Positions 1 through 10,646 of a DNA stretch of 64,000 bases are shown here, in pieces. The stretch spans positions 608,001 to 672,000 of the forward strand of contig CAWECG010000004.1 of NCBI GenBank assembly GCA_963807605.1. The letters run 5' to 3'. The first letter of the stretch is position 1, and each line of letters opens with the position of its first letter. Source of the DNA: Candidatus Bathyarchaeota archaeon (GTDB lineage: Archaea; Thermoproteota; Bathyarchaeia; 40CM-2-53-6; RBG-13-38-9). The notes beneath the pieces are model-generated. The model did no database searches and had not been told where the DNA came from. It worked only from the letters and a program-made list of their open reading frames with translations. Position numbers and translations under genes: made by a program.

Positions 1-99
1 GCCCTGCGCATAGGTCATGGGGTTTCACTAATTTTTTAGCGAAGAGTTCATAGTAACGTGCGACTCTGACGGTTTCGCTGTGTTCACGTTAAAAGAGAG

Positions 100-1242
100 C
101 TATTTCTTGCCCCTTCTGAAATACTCAACTGCCTTGATCAACATGGCGAAGGATTCTCGGGTCTTGCTGTAATCGCATAATGGTGTAAGATTCCAAAGGA
201 TTATGTGCCGCAAGCCTCGGTGAGCATATTCTTCTATTCCATCAATTATCTCATCGACCGTTCCGTGCAGATATCTGTGCTCACATATCTCTTCAGGCAC
301 CTTGTCTAAGGCCGATGTGATTTCAGCTTGATTCACCCTTGTCGGTACGTACTGCCTGTAGGCATTGAAATCTCCAAAAGGATGCTTGTACCCGAACTTT
401 TCATAGGTCGTGGATGGGGTCAGGAGGGCGTATGCTTTAGCTGCAACTGAATTGAACATCCGGTGACAATCCTCATGCTCTTCAGATATTATTAATGAGG
501 TAAGAAGGGCGGGCGTCACGCCTCCCGGATCTCTTCCAGCCTTCTTTGCTGCATCTCTAACCTTATTCAGCTTCTCAGAGTAATCTCCAGCTTCCAGATG
601 TTCCGGGAGCCAGCCGTCGCCTAGTCGTCCTGTTATTTCCAGGGTCTTCTCGGAATGTGCGCCTACCCATATTGGCGGGAATCTGCCCTCCTTTTCCGGC
701 GGGAGGGCCATTACGGCGTCTCTGAGCTTCCAGATGTTGCCGTCGTAGTTTACATTCTTGCCTGACCAAAGAAGTCTAATCACTTCGATGCTTTCCTTGA
801 GTCTTCTTGCAGGCGATTCCCATGCCAATCCGTAAGGCACAATATTCTCTGCTTCCCCAGGCCCTATTCCCAGGATCGTTCGCCCCTTGGATATGTGGTC
901 TAAGGTCAGGAAGGCTTGAGCTATCATTGCTGGGTGTCTTCTGAAAGAATCCGTGACTGCAGAACCGAGAATGACGCTGGAGGTATTTGCTGCAACGGAT
1001 GCCATTAATGTGAGAGTCTCAAGAAAGATGTGAGGGTTCTTCTGAAACTTTGCAAGCTCTATGAGCTCTGGCTTCCAGAGACTGTCTGGAATCCATCCCA
1101 TCAGATGGTCAGGCCACCAGATTGAATCATACACCTCTTCCATTTTCTTTACAGTCTTCACGACATTCTCAAATGGAGGAAAGATGGGCCCCTGTGTGCC
1201 GATGCGAAGTTCATAATCGGTCAAGTCAAGCCGCTTCTGCAA
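100..1242 (-). CDS. LLM-class (luciferase-like, probably F420-dependent) oxidoreductase
   Basis: Motifs DSIWWPDH, RRHPAMIAQAFLTLDHISKGRTILGIGPGE, PPIWVGA, GRLGDGWLP. Confidence 0.9.
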   Translation of the reverse strand: MQKRLDLTDYELRIGTQGPIFPPFENVVKTVKKMEEVYDSIWWPDHLMGWIPDSLWKPELIELAKFQKNPHIFLETLTLMASVAANTSSVILGSAVTDSFRRHPAMIAQAFLTLDHISKGRTILGIGPGEAENIVPYGLAWESPARRLKESIEVIRLLWSGKNVNYDGNIWKLRDAVMALPPEKEGRFPPIWVGAHSEKTLEITGRLGDGWLPEHLEAGDYSEKLNKVRDAAKKAGRDPGGVTPALLTSLIISEEHEDCHRMFNSVAAKAYALLTPSTTYEKFGYKHPFGDFNAYRQYVPTRVNQAEITSALDKVPEEICEHRYLHGTVDEIIDGIEEYAHRGLRHIILWNLTPLCDYSKTRESFAMLIKAVEYFRRGKK

Positions 1243-1594
1243 ACAGGAAGCTCAGTCCAAGTATTTAACCACAAGATAGCTACTGGAACGTAAGAGATCT
1301 TGTCGGTTCAACGAATCAAGAACCCGAGCACGTTAGAATGATCAACTGCCTAGGATTGCTTTGAGATCCTCATCCGGCGTCGTTATTGACATAGGATTGA
1401 AGTTTTTCACCTAGTCACCTCGATTGTGACCTGGTAGGGCTAATTCCACGAGTTTTTCATGATGATCCCTTATGCTTTAGGGAAAGACTAAATTCTCTCT
1501 CTCACCACTGGTAACTTTGGATGTTCAAGTGCGCGTACGTGAAAGCGAAACTAATCACAAACCCTTATGTGACAAGCGTCATATTGCTGGAAAA

Positions 1595-3655
1595 ATGATG
1601 AGGCGTTTGGCAACTGCAACCAAAGCAACCCACTTAAACCGCAAGGCAGCCTTCCTCCTAACAGGATTAACTCTGCTGCTTCTCTTGCCAGCTAGCGCGC
1701 GGGCTACGACAGTGGCTCAAAGCTCGACTTACTACGGAACTTCGACCCCAAACCCCCTCCAGCGGAATCTTGATGCGTATGGGAAAGGGCCGTTTTGTGC
1801 AGGCTGTCACTACATGCTATACCCTCTCCCTCCCGAGACGCTTAGGTTCACTGCCCCCCCATCAACGTACCCTGTTGGCCCCACACAGGCAGAACCTGGG
1901 ATCAAACGTCTTACTGACAGCCCAGGAAGGAACGTCGGAGCCGTCTACAGTCCTAAAGAGAACAGAATTGTCTGGGATACGGACAGCCTCGGGAACTGGA
2001 CCATCTGGATAATGAATGATGATGGAAGCAACAAGAAACAACTAACCTCTAACAGTGTGATTAGCGGTTGGCCTTCATGGAGTCCAGACGGCCAAGAACT
2101 AACGTACTGGTCCTACGATCCAGCATTAAAGACCTGTGACATATGGAAGATGAAGAATGACGGAACCTTCAAAGTAAGACTAACAACTGATGGAACCTTC
2201 AAGGGATCTCCAATGTGGAGTCCAAGAGGTGACCGAATAGGCTACACAGCAAACAAGACAGGAAACATGGAAGCATATATCATCAACACCGATGGAACTG
2301 GAGAAAGACAGATCACCCACGGCCACCCATCCACACGTTCCGTAGAGACCCGCGTCACGTGGCACCCAGACGGGCGAAGACTATACTATCAGGTGTTAAC
2401 CTTCCCTCTACCTCCGAATACTGTTCCGACTATAACTGGAGACGTAGCGTTCGTTGAGATATTCGTAGTGAATGTGGACACAGGCTACGAGGCCAATTTG
2501 ACTCCCAAACTACATGAGAATGTTCGAAGCGTCAGTTCTGATGGCAAGATGATGGCGTGCATCTCCCTACGTTCACCCAACTACGGTCTCTGGGTTATGA
2601 ATGATGACGGAACAAACCAGAGACGACTAACGTGGAATAGTACAGGTGACAGAGATCCACACTTCAGCCCAGACGGGAAAAGGATTGCCTACTGGTCCAT
2701 AACGTCTGGGAATCCCGATATATGGATGATTAATGCTGACGGAAGCAATAACACCAGGTTGACGAACAGTCCTTACATGGACTATTACCCAACTTGGAGT
2801 CCTGATGGAAAGAGAATAGCCTTCGAATCAGATAGAGCCGGCAGTTTCGACATCTGGGTTGTCTCCTTGGACCAACCCCTTATTGCAGATGCGGAATTTG
2901 AAACTTGCGCGGTCCAGGGCGGCACAGGAAAAGTTCTACTGAAAATGAGACTCAAGGATTCTAATACTCCGGTTCAACTTGAGAAAGTCGGATTACACTT
3001 CGATTGGGATCCTGATGGCAAATACAATGAGATTTCAACTTCACTTCCGAAGATTCTTTCTAAAGTAGGCGATGTTTATCAGGCCACCCTAAATTTTACA
3101 GTTCCTCAAAATGCTGATTTGGGATACCATTTCTACGACGTCAAGGTTCAATACTCAAACGTGAAAGGTGGAGCCGCTGGCGCAGGCGGGGTGTATGAAG
3201 ACTCAGCCGGAGATTTGAAGGTGGGGACCCCAGAACACGCACAATGTGACAGACTTTACGTGGAGCTTGGTGGAAAGCTGGAACAGCTCCATGGGCAAGC
3301 GATAAACCGCTCATTCGCGCTCGGCAGCGCTACCTCAGAAGTTACTTTGCCTCTGAAAGGGTACTTCGATTACCTCCGGAAAAAAGACGCAGAATCTTTC
3401 CTCAACGCAAACGATGAATTCAATGAAGGAAGATATCTGTATCTTGCTGGAGACTATGGTTCAGCTCTATCGCACTTCCAAAGAGTGAAGACTCTTGTCA
3501 GTCAGATATCATTAGAAACGATAGGCCAGAGTCCATCCAATTTGTCGGTTTTGGCGGCATTAATACCAGTCGCTTTAATCGTAACCCTCCTCGCCTTTCA
3601 CATTACGAGAACTAGAAGGAACCAACAGGAGAAGCTCGGAACCTCTAAACGATGA
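1595..3655 (+). CDS. Secreted, C-terminally anchored TolB-like (PD40 repeat) beta-propeller protein with an N-terminal CxxCH motif
   Basis: Signal peptide, CAGCH, repeated P(S/T)WSPDG and IWxMNxDG motifs, C-terminal TM helix plus basic tail. Start moved to ATG 1595. Confidence 0.85.
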   Translation: MMRRLATATKATHLNRKAAFLLTGLTLLLLLPASARATTVAQSSTYYGTSTPNPLQRNLDAYGKGPFCAGCHYMLYPLPPETLRFTAPPSTYPVGPTQAEPGIKRLTDSPGRNVGAVYSPKENRIVWDTDSLGNWTIWIMNDDGSNKKQLTSNSVISGWPSWSPDGQELTYWSYDPALKTCDIWKMKNDGTFKVRLTTDGTFKGSPMWSPRGDRIGYTANKTGNMEAYIINTDGTGERQITHGHPSTRSVETRVTWHPDGRRLYYQVLTFPLPPNTVPTITGDVAFVEIFVVNVDTGYEANLTPKLHENVRSVSSDGKMMACISLRSPNYGLWVMNDDGTNQRRLTWNSTGDRDPHFSPDGKRIAYWSITSGNPDIWMINADGSNNTRLTNSPYMDYYPTWSPDGKRIAFESDRAGSFDIWVVSLDQPLIADAEFETCAVQGGTGKVLLKMRLKDSNTPVQLEKVGLHFDWDPDGKYNEISTSLPKILSKVGDVYQATLNFTVPQNADLGYHFYDVKVQYSNVKGGAAGAGGVYEDSAGDLKVGTPEHAQCDRLYVELGGKLEQLHGQAINRSFALGSATSEVTLPLKGYFDYLRKKDAESFLNANDEFNEGRYLYLAGDYGSALSHFQRVKTLVSQISLETIGQSPSNLSVLAALIPVALIVTLLAFHITRTRRNQQEKLGTSKR

Positions 3656-3868
3656 TTCCTAGCTGACTTGCACAGCCGGACATACTAATCAGAGTTTCAG
3701 CCGTTCTACCGCAAACTGGTGCGATAGGATATTTCTCTATTTTACGCGCTCGCAAGTCAAACCGCCTCCGTGAACTTACCCACCCCTCAAGGGTGTAGGA
3801 TTTCCCGCTCACCTTTTTTAACACCTAAGATGGATTTCTGACAAGAAAAAGAAAAGGGGGTGACTGCT

Positions 3869-4129
3869 CTACCAGTAGCCAAGCATAGGTGGTCTGAAGT
3901 ATGCTGGCCATGAGTACGCATAGAACCGCGGGTAGGCATAATAGGGTTGGAAATACTGAGGCATGAAGAATGGATAGCGCCCATTACTGTAAGCCGCCGC
4001 ACCTAAGAGTCCACCTACAGCACCACCAGCTATGCCTCCTATCACTAGTCCTGCCGGTCCCCCTAGAATCAGGCCACCGAGGCCTCCCAGAAAAGCACCT
4101 CCGAGTGCCCCACCAACTACGTACGACAT
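3869..4129 (-). CDS. Small glycine-zipper protein with Tyr/Pro-rich tail
   Basis: GxxxG repeats, GGTGA RBS just upstream of ATG 4129, T-rich tract after the stop. Confidence 0.7.
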   Translation of the reverse strand: MSYVVGGALGGAFLGGLGGLILGGPAGLVIGGIAGGAVGGLLGAAAYSNGRYPFFMPQYFQPYYAYPRFYAYSWPAYFRPPMLGYW

Positions 4130-4354
4130 ATAATTCACCTTAACAGAATTATGTTAGCGCTACAGTAAAAGATATCGCCTTCAAGACATTGGAGCCCCAG
4201 ATCATGTCCAGAGTATTGGAACACTGCACGAAGGTCTCGCGACATGTGGCAGTTTACGGGGGAATAATAAGCTAGACTGGGAATAGATCATAAAAAACCG
4301 TGGCAAGCCCCTGAAAACTTGCCCGATATTGAAGAGTCGAGGCATCAGATCCAC

Positions 4355-4792
4355 ATGGAGGTCAACATTCGTCAACCGAAAACAGCTGAGGACTTTAAGA
4401 ATTACTACGATTTACGATGGAGGATTCTCAGAAAACCTTGGAACCAGCCCAAGGGAAGCCAGAGAGATGAGCATGAGGAAAGGGCAATCCACATTATGGC
4501 ATGCATGGGCGAGGAGACAGTTGGGGTGGGAAGGGTTCATTTCAACTCTCTTGAGGAAGCCCAATTGAGGTACATGGCGGTTGAGACGAGTTATCAGGGC
4601 AAGGGCATCGGGAGCTTGATGCTTAGAGAGCTCGAAAAGAGAGCAAGGAAACAAGGAGCAAAATACATGGTGGTGAATGGGAGGGAGAACGCGGTGAGAT
4701 TCTACAAGAAGAATGGTTATACGTTAGTGGGTGATGCTCCGACCCTCTTTGGATGCATCAAACAGTCGAGGTTACGGAAGGATTTTGAATGA
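4355..4792 (+). CDS. GNAT family N-acetyltransferase
   Basis: LRYMAVETSYQGKGIG acetyl-CoA motif, AVRFYKKNGY. Confidence 0.9.
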   Translation: MEVNIRQPKTAEDFKNYYDLRWRILRKPWNQPKGSQRDEHEERAIHIMACMGEETVGVGRVHFNSLEEAQLRYMAVETSYQGKGIGSLMLRELEKRARKQGAKYMVVNGRENAVRFYKKNGYTLVGDAPTLFGCIKQSRLRKDFE

Positions 4793-5007
4793 ACACGAGA
4801 CAACTCACACGCACGTGTCCGTGAATTTTGGAAGGATCGAGTTGAGATTGTGGGTGATAGTGTGGGCATTCCTTGGTCAGACGTTGTTGGCTAGGATTCT
4901 CTCGTTGGAACCCAAATTATTTAGCTTTGAATGATCCAAGTATATCTAGAGCGCACACGCATAGTTACAATGAACATTTTGGTTAAAGATTGAAGAGTGT
5001 TTGACTG

Positions 5008-5430
5008 ATGGCAGACATTTACCCCTGCATTAACTGCAGAAATCCTTTGACATTGGATGCCGACTTCTGCGATCAATGTGGTCATCCTTCTTCAGGAAGT
5101 CTTTGGGCGGCATTACGGAGACTTGAAGATCAGCTAAGAGATTTGGAAAAACAGCTAAAGTCAAAGAAGATGAAGGCCCCAGCCGTTCGCCCAAAGAAGA
5201 TCCCGATGGATAAATTCGATGAACTTTACAAGAAGGGATTGAATGATAGGGAGATAGCCAGAGAACTCGACGTAGCCTTTTCAAGAATATACAGAATGCG
5301 AAAGAAGTTGAATCTACAGGCTAACGCTCCGCGGGGTTTCCCGAAATACGTCTATGAGAGGAGAAAGAAACAACCCGGAGAGAAAGCAGATTCAAAAACC
5401 ATCGCAGAAGGTCAAACAAAACAGACCTAG
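5008..5430 (+). CDS. Zinc-ribbon / coiled-coil / HTH putative regulator
   Basis: CxxC..CxxC at the N-terminus, heptad segment, LYKKGLNDREIARELDV HTH. Confidence 0.65.
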   Translation: MADIYPCINCRNPLTLDADFCDQCGHPSSGSLWAALRRLEDQLRDLEKQLKSKKMKAPAVRPKKIPMDKFDELYKKGLNDREIARELDVAFSRIYRMRKKLNLQANAPRGFPKYVYERRKKQPGEKADSKTIAEGQTKQT

Positions 5431-5710
5431 AAAATCGTCATATCTTAACTGATGGTTCGCGCCCAGAACACATTTGACTCTGCATCGCAAACGTAGTCCT
5501 GATGAAGACCCTCAATCGCGACCCAGACTAGTAGCCTCATCGATCATGGTCGGATACTAGAGTCTGTCTTTCAAGTTCTTCAATTTGCTAATTCAGAACT
5601 GCTGGGAAGCCATTGCCTTTCTACGCGGACGCAGTATAGGGAATCCTCACAAGCTGATCTTATCTCATCTGATATATTGGCAGACGGTAGGCCGACTGTT
5701 GATATCGAGT

Positions 5711-6826
5711 CTAACTTCTTTTAGATGCGGCTGAGACTACAGCCCGAGCGACATCTTCAGGCGTCATCCCCGGAGACTCTACTTCATTGTCCATGTAGAA
5801 ACGGCAGATTCGATCAGCTAAGCTTTGCTTCACGACTTCTGCATCTCTTAGTGCGCTCTCCAGTAGCTTGAGGCGCTCTCGTGGAACGAAGGAGAAATCT
5901 CCCGTTATCATGATATCCACTATCCTATCGTCAAAGGTCTCGACCAGAACGCGCAGGAGTCCGCCTGTCGTTTTGTAGACGGACTCTCCCACGAAGGCTC
6001 TGCCTGATATCTTGAGGTTTCTCTTACTGATCAGGTCTCTGTGTTCATTCCCTATGGAGTGGAGCCAGTCCAAACTCATATACTTCTTCTCAAGCGATTC
6101 GATAATCTCCGATTCGGCCTGTGAGAGTTCACCTTCTACTAGCGCAGAGTTCAAGCTGGCCTCATAGTTTCGCCTTAACAGTTCTCTGACGTGCTCTCGG
6201 CTCGGCGGATCTGGAAGCTCGTTTTCTATCGTAGTCAGTCTCTCTCTGAGGGTCTTCGCGACCTTGTCTCTGAACTTTTCGTTGGGCACCTTCAATATCC
6301 GAGTCATTTCTTCGAAATTGAAGTCGAAAATGATATTCCCTGTAAGGATCGCAACTGAGCCGATCTCGGTGGCACCACTTCCGCTTAGCTTCCTTCCTTC
6401 AACTTCTATATCGTTGATGGACCTGTATTGTGCTGGGATATCGATGTCGTTGTAGGTCTTTGTCGGAGCGACTAGAAACTTCTTGAAGAGCTCCTGAATA
6501 GAGCCAGGGACTTCAGGGTCAGACTTCTTGGCTATGACTTGGTAGAAGAGTTGATCTCCGTCTAGGTAGACTGCCCCGCCCCCGAGAATCCGCCTCACTA
6601 CAGGCAAACCCTTCAGGCTACAATACTCAGTATCAACCTCCACCTCTATTTCCTGGCGGTAACCCACACAGACGAGTGGGTTGTTGGGGCTGCAGAGTAT
6701 GATGGTGCTTGGTGACATATTCTTGTCCACCGCCAGTGCTACGGCGTGGTAGACGACTTGAGTCGTAAGAGGAGGCAGATCGGCAAGGTCAAGAAGACGC
6801 CACGCAGAACCCAAGGCGGATATCAA
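5711..6826 (-). CDS. lplA: Lipoate-protein ligase A with C-terminal domain
   Basis: VVRRILGGGAVYLD, NDIEVEGRKLSGSG, ITGDF. Confidence 0.9.
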   Translation of the reverse strand: MISALGSAWRLLDLADLPPLTTQVVYHAVALAVDKNMSPSTIILCSPNNPLVCVGYRQEIEVEVDTEYCSLKGLPVVRRILGGGAVYLDGDQLFYQVIAKKSDPEVPGSIQELFKKFLVAPTKTYNDIDIPAQYRSINDIEVEGRKLSGSGATEIGSVAILTGNIIFDFNFEEMTRILKVPNEKFRDKVAKTLRERLTTIENELPDPPSREHVRELLRRNYEASLNSALVEGELSQAESEIIESLEKKYMSLDWLHSIGNEHRDLISKRNLKISGRAFVGESVYKTTGGLLRVLVETFDDRIVDIMITGDFSFVPRERLKLLESALRDAEVVKQSLADRICRFYMDNEVESPGMTPEDVARAVVSAASKRS

Positions 6827-6893
6827 CTCTTACACGAAAGAGTATTCCAGGTTGTAAAACAGTTTAACTCAGATATACAGCAACGTCCGAATT

Positions 6894-7640
6894 TTACTTC
6901 ATTCGCTCGAAGGACCTTGTTCCGATCGTGAACATCACTGCCGCGAACCCTGCAAGAATGGCAAGGTCTAGTGAGAGAGGAAACTGTGAAATCCCTATAG
7001 TTACTGTCCTGAGACTGTCAACACCGTACGTTACGGGATCGATGTATGTTATAGTTGAGAGCCAGAGAGGAAGACCTTTCAGGGGAAAGAGTGCGCCGCT
7101 GAAGAAGAAAAGCGGAAAGACGAGGAAACTCACAATCATGTTGAACCCTTCCGGGCTTTCCATAAGTGAACCTATTATCAGACCGGCACTTACCAGACTA
7201 AGAGACAGTAGGAAGAGTATGAGAATGGCCAGCAGGAAGATTGAGGGTGTCAAGTAGACCCCGAGTGTGAAGCTTATCATAAGCATTATGAAGGCTTGGA
7301 TCATCGAGTCTGTACATCCACCAAGGACTTTCCCGACAAAAATCGTGGTCCTCGAGAGCGGGGCCACAAGAACCGCCTTGAGTATATCGATCTTCCTGTC
7401 CCAGATGATATAGACCCCGTAGAAGACTGAGCTGAACAGAACGCTCATAGCCAGGATCCCCGGGTAGATGAAGACTTGATAGTTGACAGCTCCTATATTC
7501 ACCGCTGAACCGAGCCCTCCACCGAAAACAAAGATCCAGAGTATGGGATTCACAATGGAGGTTACGACACGCGACTTCTCACGCGTGAAGACCTTGAACT
7601 CTCTAAACCAGAGAGCGTAGATCGCCTCGGCTTGACTCAT
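6894..7640 (-). CDS. ABC-2 type permease
   Basis: Six hydrophobic segments, PLFFFSGALFP, DPVTYGVD; overlaps the ATPase gene. Confidence 0.9.
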   Translation of the reverse strand: MSQAEAIYALWFREFKVFTREKSRVVTSIVNPILWIFVFGGGLGSAVNIGAVNYQVFIYPGILAMSVLFSSVFYGVYIIWDRKIDILKAVLVAPLSRTTIFVGKVLGGCTDSMIQAFIMLMISFTLGVYLTPSIFLLAILILFLLSLSLVSAGLIIGSLMESPEGFNMIVSFLVFPLFFFSGALFPLKGLPLWLSTITYIDPVTYGVDSLRTVTIGISQFPLSLDLAILAGFAAVMFTIGTRSFERMK

Positions 7641-8608
7641 CTCGTGGTTCTCCTTCGTATGATTCTTTGGGCGATTCCACCCTCACCCGTCTCCTCCCTA
7701 ATCTCCTTGCCCGTGTACCTGATAAAAACGTCCTCCAAGCTTGCAGGTCTGACCTCGACACTCTCGACTTTTCCAGCCGTATTAAGTATCTCTTGGAGAT
7801 GTTCGTTCGAATTTCTAACCGTCAGGATGATGTAGTTGTCTTCCACCTCGATCTTACTGACGCTCTGCATCTTCCTGAACCGATCAGTATCTGAAATTGA
7901 TGTTTTCAAGCAAACGATGTCTCCTCCAACCGTCTCCTTAAGGTTTTGAGGGGTGTCCATGACGATTATCTTCCCCTGATCGATTATTGCGATTCTGTCG
8001 CAGAGTCTGTCAGCCTCTTCCATATAATGTGTCGAGAGGATTATGGTCATCTCGAGTTTCTTGGACAGGTTCTCTATGTATTCCCAGATATGTTCGCGAG
8101 TCTGAGGGTCTAGTCCTAGGGTAGGTTCATCCAAGAATAACACCTTGGGAAGGTGGAGGAGACCTCGAGCTATCTCGAGCCTTCTCCTCATCCCCCCAGA
8201 GTAGGTCTTGACAAGGCTATGTTGTCGGTCTTTGAGGGCTACCAGCTCAAGGACGTCGTCTATCCTCTCATCTCGTATCTTCTTGGGAATGCGATACCAC
8301 ATTGCATGGAACTGCAGATTCTCTCTTCCAGTAAGTATATCGTCGACGCTAGGTTCTTGAAATACTATGCCGATGGACTTCCGGACATCGCCAGGTTTCC
8401 TCAGTATGTCGTAGCCATTGACCGTGGCAGTACCCTCGGTCGGCCGCAGAATTGTGCAGAGCATTGAAATGCTCGTCGTCTTGCCGGCACCGTTGGGCCC
8501 GAGTATGCCAAAGATCTCTCCCTGTTTGATCTTGATGTTAAGCCGATCCACGGCTGTGAGATCCTTAAACCTCTTAGTAAGGTCGAAGGTCTCTATAGCA
8601 TTCTCCAA
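7637..8608 (-). CDS. ABC exporter ATP-binding protein (DrrA-like)
   Basis: GPNGAGKT, YSGGMRRR, LFLDEPT. Confidence 0.95.
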   Translation of the reverse strand: MENAIETFDLTKRFKDLTAVDRLNIKIKQGEIFGILGPNGAGKTTSISMLCTILRPTEGTATVNGYDILRKPGDVRKSIGIVFQEPSVDDILTGRENLQFHAMWYRIPKKIRDERIDDVLELVALKDRQHSLVKTYSGGMRRRLEIARGLLHLPKVLFLDEPTLGLDPQTREHIWEYIENLSKKLEMTIILSTHYMEEADRLCDRIAIIDQGKIIVMDTPQNLKETVGGDIVCLKTSISDTDRFRKMQSVSKIEVEDNYIILTVRNSNEHLQEILNTAGKVESVEVRPASLEDVFIRYTGKEIREETGEGGIAQRIIRRRTTR

Positions 8609-8787
8609 TGTCCGGTGAACTCCTAGGTGGAGATAAGTCTAGAGTGGCGACCTATTTGTCTTGCTCCAGATCCGAATACATCTTGATTTTTTTCTTGCTA
8701 TTCGGGAGTTACCGCACGTATTCTTGGAGTAGATATGGGAAGCGCAACCTGATGTCACGTCTCAAAGGTTCATTAGCCACTCCGTTT

Positions 8788-10050
8788 CTAAAAATGTGTA
8801 TTTTTATGCACGACATTTTTATTCGGAGCGTTGGATGGCTCTGTCCCACCTGCTCCTCGGTCCTTGGCCGGGGTGTACAGGTATTCATTCTTCTTCGCCA
8901 TCCAAGAGGCGTCCGCACTCACGGCAAACGGTTGGCCGCATAGGCGTAGTCCACGTTGAACTATCTCCAGTGAGGAGAGCTTGTTTCGTGCGTAGTCCAC
9001 GCCGCAGGTGTCACACTTTGATATCTCCCAGGCTGGGTGCTTTAGTTTGTCACTGCAGACGGGACACTCTGAGGAGGTCCCTCTTGGGTTCACGTACAAG
9101 GTGCGATTAGGAGATTTGTACTCGACCATAGACTGGTAGAGGCGGTAGGGCCATCGGTTCAGGTGCATCCTGAACCTCTTTCCTTTGTTCTTTCCGCCTT
9201 TTCTAATGCCTTTGAGATTCTCGAAGATATGTGAGGTGCCCGGGTTTGCTTTCACGGTCTCTGTGCTGAGTTTGTGGAGGGTGTCGTTTATGCGGTTTTT
9301 TTGTCTGCCCCGTGTCTCTCTCAGTTTCCTTTCACGTTTCTGCGGGTTCTTGACGTGCAGTTGGATTTGTCGTCGTCTTCTTGAGAAATCGTTTTGGATT
9401 CTGGTTATTTGTGTGATTGGGGTAGTTTTCACGTCTTCGAGGCTTGGTGTGCTGTTGGCAATCACGGTGGTGGAGTCGATGGTGCTAAAGTTCAGGTCGC
9501 TGCCAACAAATCTGCCGCCTATGGGTTTATTGTCGTCTGTGATGGTGAATGTGAGGCAGATCTTTCTGTCGGTTATCAGCAGCTCGGATGGTCTGCCTCT
9601 GTTGTATTCTTGGTAGTGTTTGTTGGCGGTGTTGAGTGGTAACCATACGTACTGGTTTGGTTGTAGCGTTACCCTGATCTTGTCGTCCATGATTCTGAAC
9701 AGTTCTGTGTCGATGCGCATCGCCAGCCTTTGGACGTCTGGGATTCGTAGTTCACCGTGATGATTCTTCCTGTACGAGCGAATTATTCCTGTCGCCGCTC
9801 TGCACACGGGGTTGATGTGGTGTCTTGCATAGTCGTATCTGGAGTTGAACCAGTCTCTTGTTTCTCTTCTCAGTATTATTGGGGAAGGTATTCTGCGCTC
9901 CTTGTCTCTCACGATTATTCTGTAGGCGAGTTGGAGCGAGTAATTGATGGCATCTCGCATGTCCTGAAGGTACTTCACTGTTGCCTCCGACGGTTCGTAG
10001 CCCCAAGCAATCGTCCTCTTCCCTCCCTTCGACCTCCACGGATGATTCAA
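8788..10050 (-). CDS. tnpB: IS607-associated TnpB; RuvC-III Asp apparently replaced by Asn
   Basis: GSDLN (RuvC-I), IFENL (RuvC-II), CPVC..CDTC zinc finger, YARNKLSS at RuvC-III. Confidence 0.85.
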   Translation of the reverse strand: MNHPWRSKGGKRTIAWGYEPSEATVKYLQDMRDAINYSLQLAYRIIVRDKERRIPSPIILRRETRDWFNSRYDYARHHINPVCRAATGIIRSYRKNHHGELRIPDVQRLAMRIDTELFRIMDDKIRVTLQPNQYVWLPLNTANKHYQEYNRGRPSELLITDRKICLTFTITDDNKPIGGRFVGSDLNFSTIDSTTVIANSTPSLEDVKTTPITQITRIQNDFSRRRRQIQLHVKNPQKRERKLRETRGRQKNRINDTLHKLSTETVKANPGTSHIFENLKGIRKGGKNKGKRFRMHLNRWPYRLYQSMVEYKSPNRTLYVNPRGTSSECPVCSDKLKHPAWEISKCDTCGVDYARNKLSSLEIVQRGLRLCGQPFAVSADASWMAKKNEYLYTPAKDRGAGGTEPSNAPNKNVVHKNTHF

Positions 10051-10646
10051 CGTGCCGTTACCTCCTTTACGGTGGCAAGTAGCTTCTTGGTCTTGTGGCT
10101 TCTGAGTCCATACAGCTTCGCTGAGAGAGAAGTGATTATGGTTATCAGATCCTGAACGAGCTCTTCCTGTGAAGAGATAAACTCTCTATTGTTGACCGCC
10201 ACGATCTCCGTTCCGAATTTCTCGCATAGCCATTGAATCAGGTCGAAGCCGAACCTTGCGAGCCTGTCCTCATATGTAACATAAAGCTTTGATACTTTCC
10301 TGTTCACGATGGCTTCTAGGAGCTTTCGAAGGTCTCTTCTCCGAAAGTTTAGCCCAGACCTGATGTCGCTGAAGACTTCTGCATCGGGCGAAGCGATCTC
10401 TTTTAGTACCCGGATCTGTCTCTCAAGGATTCCTTTCTGGTCATGGGAGGAGACTCGGGCGTAGATTGCTTCCCTTCTATCTTCGGGTAGACTGAGAACT
10501 CTTCTGATTTCGCTCTCGGGAATGCGTCTCATACCACTTGGAAGCCTGATACATTTTATCTTGCCCGCCCTATCCCAAACCTGAATTGTATGCACGGTTA
10601 CACCGAGAGCTGATGCAGCCTCTTTCGGACGGTAACTCTTCTCCAC
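10047..10646 (-). CDS. tnpA: IS607 serine recombinase transposase
   Basis: N-terminal MerR-like HTH, IYARVSS, DRLARFG, ELVQDL...LYGLRS; GTG start likely. Confidence 0.95.
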   Translation of the reverse strand: MEKSYRPKEAASALGVTVHTIQVWDRAGKIKCIRLPSGMRRIPESEIRRVLSLPEDRREAIYARVSSHDQKGILERQIRVLKEIASPDAEVFSDIRSGLNFRRRDLRKLLEAIVNRKVSKLYVTYEDRLARFGFDLIQWLCEKFGTEIVAVNNREFISSQEELVQDLITIITSLSAKLYGLRSHKTKKLLATVKEVTAR

